From an uncultured virus (IMG/VR IMGVR_UViG_3300006927_000005) (lineage: Duplodnaviria; Heunggongvirae; Uroviricota; Caudoviricetes): 64,000 nucleotides of DNA. Location: IMG/VR virus record IMGVR_UViG_3300006927_000005; one strand, written 5' to 3'. Positions 21,996 to 32,544 of this stretch are shown piece after piece. Position numbers and translations under genes: made by a program. The notes under the pieces were generated by a model that was not told where the DNA came from, did no database searches, and was given only the letters and a program-made list of their open reading frames with translations. Every line of letters begins with the position of its first letter. The stretch's first letter is position 1.

Positions 21996-23290
21996 GCTAC
22001 TGCTGTTCCTCCTTGTTGAGCTCCTGTATCACGCATAGTGTCGCTTGGCCAAGCAAGTGGATCACGAAATTCTGGAAAATCTGGTACCACAGTGTTTATG
22101 GCGGATTCTGGTACAGGCCCGGTGAACGGTTCAGATTCTTCATGGCTTCGAACTGGGTTATTAATACTATCAAACATTAAATTCTTTGTCTCAGGTGTAA
22201 GACTTGTGAGAGTTAATTGTACTTCATAACCTTCAGGAATAATTACTTCTGTTGACGATGTGTTTCTTGTAACTTTAAATGGAGGCATTTTTCTTCTCAC
22301 TCCAACAAAGTTTACATTAATATTACTTAGAAAGCTCCATCTATAACTAAAGACACCTGGTAGGGAAGATTGATATATTACAGGCGGTGTTAATGCAGAC
22401 TTATTTATTCTATTAGGTAGATTTTGATATATTAATAAAAATATAAATCTATAATTTTTCATCCATTCAGATACATCATCAAATCTTGTATTATCTAAGT
22501 AAAAAGTCATATTATAACTTGGGCCAGCGTCGGGATATTGAAATGTCTTTGAAAAGTCAATACCAACACCAGGAGAAACTGCCGCTGTTAATGCAGCCAT
22601 GAATTGTATAGGGGTTGCTAGTATGGATCCTTGGCGAGACCAATTATTAGATATTGTTTTAAATGAATCTTCTAAATAAGGCAAACGGTATATAAAATTA
22701 GTTTTTTTGACACCATATATATTTTCGTATGATTTCAAATATGATGGCATGTCGAATTTAGTTACACCAAATGCATTATCACCGCCACTAGTGACAGCTT
22801 CAGATAATCCTTGAACCCCTTCCAGCGCGCTGTTAAGTCCCATCTTGAATGGATTTAGTAATTTGTCAGCAAGATTTTTTATACTTTTAGCATAACCTTC
22901 TGGATCATCACCGTATTTTTTACCTGGACCATATACTTGTTCAGTAAGAAGTTTAAGATTTTGAAAAAAGGCTGGAACAGTTACTATATATTCTCTTAAT
23001 GTAACAGTTGGTATGGTCTTTACTGCTACTGAATCTTTAGCTGATTTGGTCCATCGAAATTCTTTTGTTATATCTATATCCATATGTGACGCATTGTCAG
23101 GTGGTATGGGTACATCTGCCACGGAATCTGATATAATATTCTGTCTTGCTTTTGCTATTACTTTACCAGCAGCTTGAGCCATCGTATCATCAAGAGTAAC
23201 CTCTAACCCTTTTGAAGAATCTCCCTCCATATTCGTACATGTTGGTCTTGAAAACTCAAATAAATATCTATCGTTTATATTAGTAGGCAT
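21992..23290 (-). CDS. putative baseplate tail-tube cap/initiator (gp48-like)
   Basis: Position before gp53; tube-fold-like C-terminal part (PPVIY..LPGVFSYRWSFLSNINVNF...EVQLTLTSL). Confidence 0.4.
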   Translation of the reverse strand: MPTNINDRYLFEFSRPTCTNMEGDSSKGLEVTLDDTMAQAAGKVIAKARQNIISDSVADVPIPPDNASHMDIDITKEFRWTKSAKDSVAVKTIPTVTLREYIVTVPAFFQNLKLLTEQVYGPGKKYGDDPEGYAKSIKNLADKLLNPFKMGLNSALEGVQGLSEAVTSGGDNAFGVTKFDMPSYLKSYENIYGVKKTNFIYRLPYLEDSFKTISNNWSRQGSILATPIQFMAALTAAVSPGVGIDFSKTFQYPDAGPSYNMTFYLDNTRFDDVSEWMKNYRFIFLLIYQNLPNRINKSALTPPVIYQSSLPGVFSYRWSFLSNINVNFVGVRRKMPPFKVTRNTSSTEVIIPEGYEVQLTLTSLTPETKNLMFDSINNPVRSHEESEPFTGPVPESAINTVVPDFPEFRDPLAWPSDTMRDTGAQQGGTAVA

Positions 23291-23295
23291 AATTA

Positions 23296-25167
23296 TTAAT
23301 TATTTGTCCAGTTTTTTAATGTAAACACTTCACTAAACATATCAGCTGGTTCAGGTCCAGTTTTATTAAGAAAGTTATTTGTTGTTTGGTTTAAATTTAC
23401 TCCTTGTCCAGCGGCCGCACCTGGAGGTTGTTTTTTATTCTCTCTCTCTGCTTTATTTCTAAGTTTAATCTGAAGTTGTTCGTCAGAGAAATTTTGGACT
23501 TCATTACTCTTTGCTTCAGCTTTGCCCATCGCCGCTTTTATTTTGTCAAATTCCGGGCGGTTTTTTCGCATAAAATTTTCAGCGTCGGTTAATTCCATCT
23601 GTTCATAATTAGTTCTTACAGGATTTTTTTGACCAGATAATGCTCTAATTAACCATAATGCAGGTTCTCCTGTCCAAGCACTTCGTTCTTGAGCTGGGTC
23701 ACCTAACCAACCTAACCTTTTCCTAGTTTGTTGCGCATCGACAAAACGTTTATACAGCGCATACTCATTATCATTAAGTCTTCCTTTGGCCCATTTTAGT
23801 TTCCTCTTAGTACCTCCGGGGTCATTAGTACCTACATTAATAGATTGTTCAGCCATTGAATCAAAAATGTTAACACCAGAAGATAGAACATCATGAGCCA
23901 TTACACCCTGACCTACAAAAGGAACAGCTCTTACTCCGACTCTGGAACCAATGCTGAGAGCGCCTTGTGCGGCTTTACCCATTGCGCCGTATGCCTTGAA
24001 CGGACCGAGCCGCATCAGCTCTGACCATTTTATCCCTCCTGTGAGAACAGGTGATTTTTCCATCGCTTTTTCTATAGATTTCGCGACTGGATCCATTGCT
24101 TTTTGCCACATCGTCGAGGATGTCTGCTGGAGGGCAACACTGGCAGTGTCACCAGCTACATCTAGTTGCTTTTGCGATATAATAGACTCCCGCGGCGGTC
24201 GGTTACCTGGGTCATTGAAGCCTTCTGGTTTTGAAGATCCTTGCGGCGTGCCCGCTGTTTGAGGTCCGCTAGCATTACCGGCGGCATTTGCTCCTAAATC
24301 TAAATCTCTCAGCCAATCCCAAGCATCTTTGAGCCCTTCTCTGATATCTTCCTTAAATTCTTCTCGTCTTCGATAGTTTTCAGGGCTCGGGTGCGGCCTG
24401 AGCATATCAATTGTGTCGGTCGCCGCGTCCCCTGCGCTTTCAAGGGCCGGTTGAACATAATCCTCATTTACTTGGTCTATTACTTTCTTGCCTTCATCCA
24501 GGGCTTGTTTCTTTAACTCGTCTGCCTGCTTCTTGGTCCAGTCTTCAACTCGTTTCCGGTTTTCCGGTGTATTGATGTTTTCCTCAAAATGTTTTTTGAC
24601 GTTATCAAAAGATTTAGTGACAGTCTTCCAAAGCATATCAACGCCAAATTTTTGAAGGTCTATAAGTTTTTCGAGTTGCTTTCTTTCATCAGCATGCGAA
24701 GCTGTGTCTGGAGTATCAACACCTGTGATCATATCTGTAGCAGCCTTAAGATAATCATTCATTTTATTGAAAATGAGATCTTTTACTGCATCTTTTATTT
24801 TCTTTGCCCGATCCACTACACCTGACCCTATATCTCTTAACATTGCATTCGGATCAAGTAAATCTCCAAATATTGCTAAGAGGCCTAAACCAGTGCCCCA
24901 ACCCAAAGCTCTCTTTCCGGTCATTCCTTTAAAGAACTCTTTCATTTCTTTTTTTACTGATCTAGAGTCTTGACCTGTTTGAATACTCGGCGGGATTGGG
25001 CGATCTTCATCACGAGTTGAACCAGATAATCTTCTGCTAGAACCAGATTGTCTTCCTATAGTTTTATTAAGAGAATTTATTGCTGATGTTAACTTAGACT
25101 GATTCCGTTCTAAGCCAATAGTTCTAGCTTGTATATCTGATAACAGTCGATCTCCAGCCGCTGACAT
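23296..25167 (-). CDS. putative tape-measure/hub protein (gp29-like)
   Basis: 623 aa, helical, Ala/Gly-rich, with GVRAVPFVGQGVMAHD motif common in T4-like tape measures. Confidence 0.45.
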   Translation of the reverse strand: MSAAGDRLLSDIQARTIGLERNQSKLTSAINSLNKTIGRQSGSSRRLSGSTRDEDRPIPPSIQTGQDSRSVKKEMKEFFKGMTGKRALGWGTGLGLLAIFGDLLDPNAMLRDIGSGVVDRAKKIKDAVKDLIFNKMNDYLKAATDMITGVDTPDTASHADERKQLEKLIDLQKFGVDMLWKTVTKSFDNVKKHFEENINTPENRKRVEDWTKKQADELKKQALDEGKKVIDQVNEDYVQPALESAGDAATDTIDMLRPHPSPENYRRREEFKEDIREGLKDAWDWLRDLDLGANAAGNASGPQTAGTPQGSSKPEGFNDPGNRPPRESIISQKQLDVAGDTASVALQQTSSTMWQKAMDPVAKSIEKAMEKSPVLTGGIKWSELMRLGPFKAYGAMGKAAQGALSIGSRVGVRAVPFVGQGVMAHDVLSSGVNIFDSMAEQSINVGTNDPGGTKRKLKWAKGRLNDNEYALYKRFVDAQQTRKRLGWLGDPAQERSAWTGEPALWLIRALSGQKNPVRTNYEQMELTDAENFMRKNRPEFDKIKAAMGKAEAKSNEVQNFSDEQLQIKLRNKAERENKKQPPGAAAGQGVNLNQTTNNFLNKTGPEPADMFSEVFTLKNWTNN

Positions 25168-25181
25168 ATGTAATTATTTAA

Positions 25182-25826
25182 TTACAAATCTACGAAAAAA
25201 GAAAAATCTGCTTCAATGACTCTGAGTTTATTTAATTCTCCTAAAATAGAATTAGTATGTTTTGCTAGGGAATTTAAGATTTTAATATCAAATAATAAGA
25301 ATAAATCGTATATTTCATCTAACTCCATATCTCTTATAGTGTATTCCTTAGTATCTAATGTAATAGTATCTATAAATCTAAATGTATCAAAAAACAAAAC
25401 ATCAGATTCAACTACTTCTTTCTTATTTAAAATATACTTGAGAATAATATTCTCATATGTTAATAGTGGAAGTTTAAATTTAAATGTTAAATCTGTATTT
25501 TTTAATTTCGTTATTAAAGGTTCATTTACAATTGTATTAAAATCTAGGGTTACACTTTGATCGGTTGCCTCGTTTTTCCAATGTTGAATTAAATATAATT
25601 TATCTCGATATGTAGTAGTATCTATTTTACAAACATCGAGAATATAATTATTTAAATACTGTAAATAAGATAAAGTAATTAGATGATCGTCTCGTATATT
25701 TCTAATTATAGCGTATAATTTATTTTGAAATTGAACATTTAATTGCGGAGTAGTGATTGTGCCGCTATCTGGTAATTCTATATCTTTAGTACAAAGGTCT
25801 TTAAATTTAGTTAGGAGACTGCTCAT
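25182..25826 (-). CDS. hypothetical protein, possibly baseplate hub assembly (gp26-like)
   Basis: 214 aa; synteny only. Confidence 0.35.
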   Translation of the reverse strand: MSSLLTKFKDLCTKDIELPDSGTITTPQLNVQFQNKLYAIIRNIRDDHLITLSYLQYLNNYILDVCKIDTTTYRDKLYLIQHWKNEATDQSVTLDFNTIVNEPLITKLKNTDLTFKFKLPLLTYENIILKYILNKKEVVESDVLFFDTFRFIDTITLDTKEYTIRDMELDEIYDLFLLFDIKILNSLAKHTNSILGELNKLRVIEADFSFFVDL

Positions 25827-26487
25827 TCTTAAGTCTTTTTATTAAAAGTGTTATATATCGTCTAAATTGATCATATGTTATATAATTAAAATCTTGATAT
25901 GTGAAATTACCTCGTTGCATAAGAAATAGTTGTTCATCTAATAGATTTTCATATGAATATATTGTACATAAGTACGATATGTAAATAATTATATCCGGGT
26001 TATATGAAAATCTACTATTAAATTCATCGTTTATATAATAGACATAAGAGTTATTTAATTTTTCTTTATATTCATTTATATATGGAAAACATTTTTTAAT
26101 TAATGGTAATGGAACATCTTCATAATTGTCCTTAGTTATAAAAGCTATAGTTCCGTTTTTTTCAATTTTTTTAATAAACGATGCTTCTGAGAAAAAGTCT
26201 ATTGATGGATAGCCAATAGTTATAAAATAGTCATCTATGATATGATTACTTTCTGAATAGGTAGGTAGATCTTTAAGAAAATTTTCTTTATAAATTAGTA
26301 GGTCACCTTTATTAGTAGTTAGTTTTATCGCGGAGTTCTCTTCTGTAAATTTTTCAGCTTTTAAGTTTGCTAAAAATTCAATAACATTTTTACTAGGGAT
26401 TTTCTTAATAAAAAACTCAACTAATTCTTTATATTTTTTCTCACTATGAAGTTTTGAGGCTTCAATTAAGTCATTATAACTTATCAT
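25807..26487 (-). CDS. hypothetical protein, possibly hub assembly chaperone (gp26/gp51-like)
   Basis: C-terminus FLMQRGNFTYQDFNYITYDQFRRYITLL resembles gp51. Confidence 0.4.
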   Translation of the reverse strand: MISYNDLIEASKLHSEKKYKELVEFFIKKIPSKNVIEFLANLKAEKFTEENSAIKLTTNKGDLLIYKENFLKDLPTYSESNHIIDDYFITIGYPSIDFFSEASFIKKIEKNGTIAFITKDNYEDVPLPLIKKCFPYINEYKEKLNNSYVYYINDEFNSRFSYNPDIIIYISYLCTIYSYENLLDEQLFLMQRGNFTYQDFNYITYDQFRRYITLLIKRLKNEQSPN

Positions 26488-27704
26488 GGTCCAGGAGGCT
26501 TAGTACCACGAGTTTCACCAAACGACGGGTCGTTTGGATCTTCTAAGGGATTCTTCCGGGCTTCCTGATCTCGGAGAGCTTGTACATATGCTCGTTTCTG
26601 TTGTTTAGGGCTTTGATCTTTCAAAGGTAGTTCATTTGAAAAATCTCGCGACTTCTTAAATTTCACGGGATTAAATTTTGTATGTTTAGCCTCACCCTCA
26701 CCTAGAGCCGCTATTGGTTTACCGCGTACGTCAGTTTGTTGTATTCCAGCGAGCCATTTCTTTTGGGTGGCTTGTCTTTCGTCGATTTCACGTTGCGTTG
26801 CTGGGGTGTTCGGATTGATCGAAGCATTATATTTCGGTTGAGAACCAGTAAAATCATATTCATACCCCTCTCCTCCTAACGCGGCTTCAGGTATATCGTC
26901 TGTAGGATCTTTAGCTTTTGGAGGTTTTTTCTTTGCAGGTTCTGGTTTAGTATCAACAGCCGGAGGAGGAGGAGGTGCCTCTACATGTGGAGTGAGTACC
27001 TCATAGCGCGAGAATCTCCATTTAACAGAAATAGAACCAGTATCCATATCACCTGTATATTCACTTACACCTGCATCATTTATTTGATAAGGGATACAAT
27101 CTTTATACTTATAAATTTTACGTACAACCGGACTACTAGAGCCTGGTGATCCAAATAGCATAGACATAAAACTTGTTTTACGAGATGTAACCATTTGTTT
27201 TGATAAGAAAAATATATCTATATTTGCTGTAAGAATAGGCGTATCTATATTTCCATATACTCCATATAATTGAATCCATGGTCTAAAGATACCATCAATA
27301 ACACTAACATTAGTTTCGTAAAATTGAACATCAAGATCATTATCAGGATAATCATGGCTTTCCATAAAAGGTCCTGTAGGTAAAATACCGTTAATAGTTT
27401 TTCCTTTATTGTTTACAGTATTATGTTCGGTAGTTGTATCAACACCTGAAGCTAAGAACATATATCCTCCTCCCTTACCAAAAAACTTTTCATGAACTTT
27501 TCTATTTGTATCAATACCAGCTTTAGTATTAAATGGCCGCATCCCTAATTTTTTAATTGTTTCATCATTTATAGATGCAGGGAGATTATCGATGGATACT
27601 AAGAAGAAATTTTGTGCGGCAGGAAATGTAGAAAAATCCTGTAATATTTCAAAAAAAGTTTCTCTTAGATTTTTTGCATCTGATGGAGGTAATTTAACGT
27701 CCAT
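26484..27704 (-). CDS. tail tube-like/baseplate tube initiator (gp54-like) with disordered C-terminal extension
   Basis: Tube-fold motifs FRPWIQ...YKYKDCIPYQI...ISVKWRFSRY; next to the tail tube gene. Confidence 0.55.
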   Translation of the reverse strand: MDVKLPPSDAKNLRETFFEILQDFSTFPAAQNFFLVSIDNLPASINDETIKKLGMRPFNTKAGIDTNRKVHEKFFGKGGGYMFLASGVDTTTEHNTVNNKGKTINGILPTGPFMESHDYPDNDLDVQFYETNVSVIDGIFRPWIQLYGVYGNIDTPILTANIDIFFLSKQMVTSRKTSFMSMLFGSPGSSSPVVRKIYKYKDCIPYQINDAGVSEYTGDMDTGSISVKWRFSRYEVLTPHVEAPPPPPAVDTKPEPAKKKPPKAKDPTDDIPEAALGGEGYEYDFTGSQPKYNASINPNTPATQREIDERQATQKKWLAGIQQTDVRGKPIAALGEGEAKHTKFNPVKFKKSRDFSNELPLKDQSPKQQKRAYVQALRDQEARKNPLEDPNDPSFGETRGTKPPGP

Positions 27705-27721
27705 ACAAATATTTAAGGCTA

Positions 27722-28312
27722 TTAACCTAATACTGCACCAGCTAATTTGCCAATAGCGTTAACTGCAGTATTGAGTTCATTATCTCTCCTGAAGAATTGA
27801 TACGCTACAGTTATAGTAACCGTGGCGACTGATCCATCACCAGTAATGTTATATCCTATATCACCACAGTCTGTAGGGAACACACCGTATAGCTTATAAG
27901 TACGTAATGGTTCAAATTGAGTATCTAATTGAACTAAAGTAACTGTACTATTATTATGAAGTACTCCGTCACCAGAGGTTGTTTCATCATTATAAGTTTC
28001 AGTTATCCAGTTTTCCATTGCAATACGAGCTTGAGTTGTCGCATCACAATAAAAATCAATAGTAAAGGCATCACTTGAATTATATGACACTGTACCGGGA
28101 ATCCGGAAATTAAATCCATTATAAGGAACATCCTTTGTTGCGATTGTTTTACCTGGTAATGTAGCTGCTGTGGCATACACTAAATCGTCTTCTGTAAACA
28201 CGGGGGTACCTTTGTTAGCAACATCTAATACGCGGAACTGGAAGTCACGTGCAAAGTCTCTTGTTTGTGCTACCTTATAAAAATCTTGAATTGTTTGTTT
28301 AATATCAGCCAT
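27722..28312 (-). CDS. tail tube protein (gp19-like)
   Basis: ATLPGKTI..VPYNG..IPGTVSY, MENWI, YKLYGVFPTDCGDIGY, VTITVAYQFF; follows the sheath gene. Confidence 0.85.
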   Translation of the reverse strand: MADIKQTIQDFYKVAQTRDFARDFQFRVLDVANKGTPVFTEDDLVYATAATLPGKTIATKDVPYNGFNFRIPGTVSYNSSDAFTIDFYCDATTQARIAMENWITETYNDETTSGDGVLHNNSTVTLVQLDTQFEPLRTYKLYGVFPTDCGDIGYNITGDGSVATVTITVAYQFFRRDNELNTAVNAIGKLAGAVLG

Positions 28313-28343
28313 GATGTTATAATTATTTAGTTTTTACTTTAAT

Positions 28344-30992
28344 TTATTGCCCAACTATCTCCTCAAAGTTAACGTCTGTATTAACAGCGTAAAAGTTAAC
28401 CAATATAAACTCTGCTGCGCGAACTGGCTTCAAATAGATATCTACTCTCAACTCATTTTCATCAATAACACTAGCAGGGTTATTCCTTTCGTCACAAACA
28501 ATAAGGTAATCATAGACACCTTCTGTTTGTTTGCAGTTCTCAAAAATCGGTGTTAATGTATTAACGACCTTAGTCCTTGTTAAGAACGTATTAGGTTCAA
28601 AGATAAAGAATTTCAAGGTCTGCCTTGTTCTTTTCTCTAAATCAAGAAATAGTCTACGAACATTAACTCTATCAAATGCCGTGGGTTTCCGTTGTAATGT
28701 CTTTTGACCGAATACAACAATACCTTCAGCTGGGAATTGTGTAACAGGATTAATAGCAATCCTATATAATTGATCTCTTTGCCGCTGTGTCGGGCTAACT
28801 GCAATGTCGTTTACACCTGTAACAACGCCGCGGCTAAACCCGGCTGGAGCGTACCATGGTGCAAAGTTTGAATCATTATTAGCATAAATTTTAGCTGCAA
28901 CACCAGAGAACGGAATCCAGATTTGTTTACCACTTGTACCGTCCCAGACTTTTGCCCAGTTACCGTAAGTTGTAGCGAAGTTGCTGTTAGCAACACCAAA
29001 TTGATGTCTTAACGGCCAGTATACATGCTTACTAAAGTTTTTAGTTTTATCATCAAGAACCTTACCGGCGTCACCTTGTACAACTAATGGCCTAAGCGCA
29101 TCAGCAATAAAGATATGATCTTTTCTCGTCTGTCGAGCAAATGTCTCAAATCTATTAAAAATAGTTCTATAATTATCTCTTTGAGTTATGTAGGTTGATC
29201 CTAACATATTTTGATCTGGTGTAAAGAACCCTGTACTTGTTCCACCAACATCTTGATAAGTTGTATCAACAAATTCTTGGGTATTGGCTGTCGCAAATGT
29301 ATGTATTGTACCTAACCCTGCTTCAATAGAAACGTCAATAGTAAATACATCAACATTCTGAGCAATTTCAAATATTCTATCTAATTTATCAGGAATACTA
29401 CCAACAGTTTTAGTTAGATTATTAGTTGTATTATATACACCTAATGGAAATAATCCTTGTATTACAGAATAGTTAAAAGCTGGATTACCGTCTAAAGTAC
29501 TACCAGAACTCATTAAACCATTTAAAATCGCTGCGTTTGTATTACTAGAATGCGCGACTCGAACTGTCTTTGTTGGAACGTCTCCTTCTGTTGAAGTCCA
29601 ATCTCCGCTGTATTCACTAATAGATGGATTTACTAAAATCTTAACATTTGGTGATCTATCATCTTGATCTTCAAGGAAAAATGATCTTTGTTGACCGCCG
29701 TTTTCGTTTTGGACTTTCCGTCTAGAGTTAAGAGATCCAGTATATCCTTCTGCTAAGAAATTAGTTAATTCTAATTCAGAATTAGCAAACGGTGTATTTC
29801 GAATTTTGAAAACACCGAAACTTATGGTGTCGAGAAATTCTGGACCATCAATATCAAATTTAGAAAATGTTTCTAAAGTTTTACTTGTACTACTCTTTTC
29901 TTCTGTAGCCAGGCTAGTTAAATTAAATCCTACTCTTGATCCTGGGACTGTTGCATAACCACTAGATGCTACTGGAGCATTACTAGTAGTAGTATATACT
30001 GCATTTACTGTATCAAAGTTAGTTGCAGGATTACTATTAGAACCATCAGCTGTTCCAACATAATAACCTTCGAAATTATTATTAGTTATTGTAGCTCCTT
30101 TATTTAGTACAATAACACCAGCACCACCTATGCTTGTAAAATCACCAGTAAATTCAGCATCGTCACCTTCATTTCCAGCATCGGTCCAATCTATATTACC
30201 TTTACTTGCAGTATTAAATTGAGCTTCGGTTAACTCAACAAGAGTAGGAGATCCAAGTACATAATAATCAGAACCACTTAAAGAAGTGTTTAATCCAGAA
30301 AGGTTTGTCACCTCATCGCTCTGTAGTTGACCAGTAACGAGAGTTTTACCTGTTATACTATCAACAAAAGAAGTATCTGAATAAGCACTGACTGCAGTGA
30401 CTGATTCATCTTTACCGAACGCACTGGCGTTGGCCGCTGATAATCGAAATACTGCCGTTGAATCTGGTGAGTCGGCGAGCATGCCACTAAGACCGGTCAT
30501 CGAAGTATTAACAAAAGATAAATTGTCATTAGAATCCTTCATCACTAATTCAATATTAATAGTATCAGTTGAAAGAGTGTCTGTGACTGAAATCCCCGTG
30601 CCTTCTGAAGTACAAAGATCGATGTAAGAGCCATTGGTAGTATCAATAGCTGTGATGGTAGCTGTTTTTGCGCCCACCGCTGGATAAACTAGAGCAGAAT
30701 ATTTTCTATCTCCGGTGTTGTTGCCATATGGTAACCGGGACACAAAAACATTTGCATCACTATTAAAGACTTGTCGCGTAGAATGATAAAAATATCTCTC
30801 GGCAGCGTTTGTAGGTTTGCCGTAAATTTCTTCAAATTCCGCGAATGTCCCTACATTAAAAACTTCGTCCGTAGGGCCTTGATTGGAAAATCCAGCAACA
30901 AATACACTCGTACCGACTGGCGCGGCAGGTCGTTGCGTCAAGTCAATTTCTCTTATTTCTACTCCTGGTGATTGAATTGTTCGTCTACTCAT
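28344..30992 (-). CDS. contractile tail sheath protein (gp18-like)
   Basis: SPGVEIREIDLT N-terminus; PWYAPAGFSRG, INPV, FGQKTLQ, FDRVNVRRLF, FEPN. Start set at ATG 30992, which follows TAAATA and AAAGGT. Confidence 0.95.
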   Translation of the reverse strand: MSRRTIQSPGVEIREIDLTQRPAAPVGTSVFVAGFSNQGPTDEVFNVGTFAEFEEIYGKPTNAAERYFYHSTRQVFNSDANVFVSRLPYGNNTGDRKYSALVYPAVGAKTATITAIDTTNGSYIDLCTSEGTGISVTDTLSTDTINIELVMKDSNDNLSFVNTSMTGLSGMLADSPDSTAVFRLSAANASAFGKDESVTAVSAYSDTSFVDSITGKTLVTGQLQSDEVTNLSGLNTSLSGSDYYVLGSPTLVELTEAQFNTASKGNIDWTDAGNEGDDAEFTGDFTSIGGAGVIVLNKGATITNNNFEGYYVGTADGSNSNPATNFDTVNAVYTTTSNAPVASSGYATVPGSRVGFNLTSLATEEKSSTSKTLETFSKFDIDGPEFLDTISFGVFKIRNTPFANSELELTNFLAEGYTGSLNSRRKVQNENGGQQRSFFLEDQDDRSPNVKILVNPSISEYSGDWTSTEGDVPTKTVRVAHSSNTNAAILNGLMSSGSTLDGNPAFNYSVIQGLFPLGVYNTTNNLTKTVGSIPDKLDRIFEIAQNVDVFTIDVSIEAGLGTIHTFATANTQEFVDTTYQDVGGTSTGFFTPDQNMLGSTYITQRDNYRTIFNRFETFARQTRKDHIFIADALRPLVVQGDAGKVLDDKTKNFSKHVYWPLRHQFGVANSNFATTYGNWAKVWDGTSGKQIWIPFSGVAAKIYANNDSNFAPWYAPAGFSRGVVTGVNDIAVSPTQRQRDQLYRIAINPVTQFPAEGIVVFGQKTLQRKPTAFDRVNVRRLFLDLEKRTRQTLKFFIFEPNTFLTRTKVVNTLTPIFENCKQTEGVYDYLIVCDERNNPASVIDENELRVDIYLKPVRAAEFILVNFYAVNTDVNFEEIVGQ

Positions 30993-31015
30993 AGTAAAAC
31001 CTTTACAATTATTTA
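30993..31015 (-). promoter_or_regulatory. late promoter and SD-like site of the tail sheath gene
   Basis: ATAAATAATTGTAAAGGTTTTACT-ATG on the minus strand. Confidence 0.65.
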
Positions 31016-31074
31016 TTGTTTTCCGCTGACATATTTTAGTTGATTTGGCGAAAGATGCATTATAATATAAATAT

Positions 31075-31965
31075 ATGAAGGGCATCATCTTAGCTGGAGG
31101 AACCGGATCGAGAGTTTATCCTTGTACAAAAACTGTCTCAAAGCAACTTCTTCCAATTTACGATAAGCCTACTATCTATTATCCTCTATCAACTTTAATT
31201 AAATTAGGCATTAAAGATATAATGATTATTACTAATGCTCACGCATATCCTCATTTATTACATTTGTTTAATCAAACGGCACTTGGGCCAAGCGGTGTTC
31301 ATAGCGCAGATAGAAATCGACCATATTTAGGAATTAATTTTAATTTTAAGATACAAATGACCCCGGCTGGTATAGCTGAGGCATTAATTATTGCCGAGGG
31401 ATGGCAAGGGGATGATAATGTGTGTTTAATCTTAGGAGACAATATCTTTACGGGTATAAGAAAACCTACTCTTAATGGTCATAAGGCTTGTGTTGTTAGT
31501 TATAGAGTTTCAAACCCTAGTGAGTATGGTGTAATTGATATTGATGATGAAGGTAAAATTCTTTCAATAGAGGAAAAACCAGATACGCCAAAAAGTAATA
31601 ATGCAGTAACGGGTATTTATTTTTATGATAATACTGCTGGAGCAAGAGCGAGAAATTTAAAACCATCTCCTAGAGGTGAATTAGAAATCACTGATTTAAA
31701 TAAAAGCTATTTGCAGGATGATCTATTATGGCATAATAGTTTAAATAGTAATTATGCATGGTTTGATACAGGGAACCCTGATGAAATGTTTGCGGCATCT
31801 ATGTATGTAAAATCTATACAAGATAGAACTAATACAATGATTGGGTGTATTGAAGGTGAATCATGGAAACAGGGTAATATTACCGAACAGGAATTTAAAA
31901 AAATTGTTAGAAAAATGCCGGACTGTTCTTATAAGACTAATGTCGCCATGAGTTATTTTTGGTGA
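31075..31965 (+). CDS. rfbA: glucose-1-phosphate thymidylyltransferase (RmlA)
   Basis: GIILAGGTGSR, SKQLLPIYDKP, LILGDNIF, EEKP, SPRGELEITD, WFDTG. Confidence 0.93.
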   Translation: MKGIILAGGTGSRVYPCTKTVSKQLLPIYDKPTIYYPLSTLIKLGIKDIMIITNAHAYPHLLHLFNQTALGPSGVHSADRNRPYLGINFNFKIQMTPAGIAEALIIAEGWQGDDNVCLILGDNIFTGIRKPTLNGHKACVVSYRVSNPSEYGVIDIDDEGKILSIEEKPDTPKSNNAVTGIYFYDNTAGARARNLKPSPRGELEITDLNKSYLQDDLLWHNSLNSNYAWFDTGNPDEMFAASMYVKSIQDRTNTMIGCIEGESWKQGNITEQEFKKIVRKMPDCSYKTNVAMSYFW

Positions 31966-31974
31966 TAAATATTC

Positions 31975-32544
31975 TTAAATTAATTTTGATTCTATTTTTG
32001 TAAATTCAAAAGTTGCAGAAGAAATAATTTCAGCCTCGCTAGTATAATCCCAATTTATTTCAGCGAGTCTAGTTGGAAATGCTCCGATATAATCCCATTG
32101 TATTTTTCTATTCTCATATTCATCTAAACCGTATACAGTTAAATTAGAGGAATATATTGGAAGTTGTTGATTGGGTTGTGGATATTTTATAATCTCATCT
32201 TCATTAAATGCCCCAGTTTTTACGTCATTAATAATATCAAGCCATTTATATATTGCCCAATAATTTTTGAATTCATTATCGACTTTAAAATCTATACTTA
32301 AGGGATCATATGATGGACGAGCGTGTGAGCTTACTTTTATAGTTTGTGCGCCATATGGAAGAGTTTTTTCAGGTATACTTATGGTTGGAGTCACGGCTCC
32401 GGCAATACTTATTTCTAAACTGTTCGCGTCAATTCTATTTGTATTTCTAGAAATATTATCTACAATTTCTTTTATACCTTCAGGCAAATTTAAAACTAAA
32501 ATAAATTTATCTTGTCTATTTTTATTAAGTGGTGCTTGATTCAT
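31975..32544 (-). CDS. tail completion/tube terminator-like protein (gp3/gp19 fold)
   Basis: YDPLSIDFKVDNEFKNYWAIYKWL...AFPTRL...SATFEF. Confidence 0.65.
   Translation of the reverse strand: MNQAPLNKNRQDKFILVLNLPEGIKEIVDNISRNTNRIDANSLEISIAGAVTPTISIPEKTLPYGAQTIKVSSHARPSYDPLSIDFKVDNEFKNYWAIYKWLDIINDVKTGAFNEDEIIKYPQPNQQLPIYSSNLTVYGLDEYENRKIQWDYIGAFPTRLAEINWDYTSEAEIISSATFEFTKIESKLI

Noticed and set aside
30993..31088. 32-aa N-terminal extension of the tail sheath ORF in the track
   Set aside because: It overlaps the divergent rmlA start and spans the promoter region; the conserved sheath N-terminus and an SD-like site point to ATG 30992
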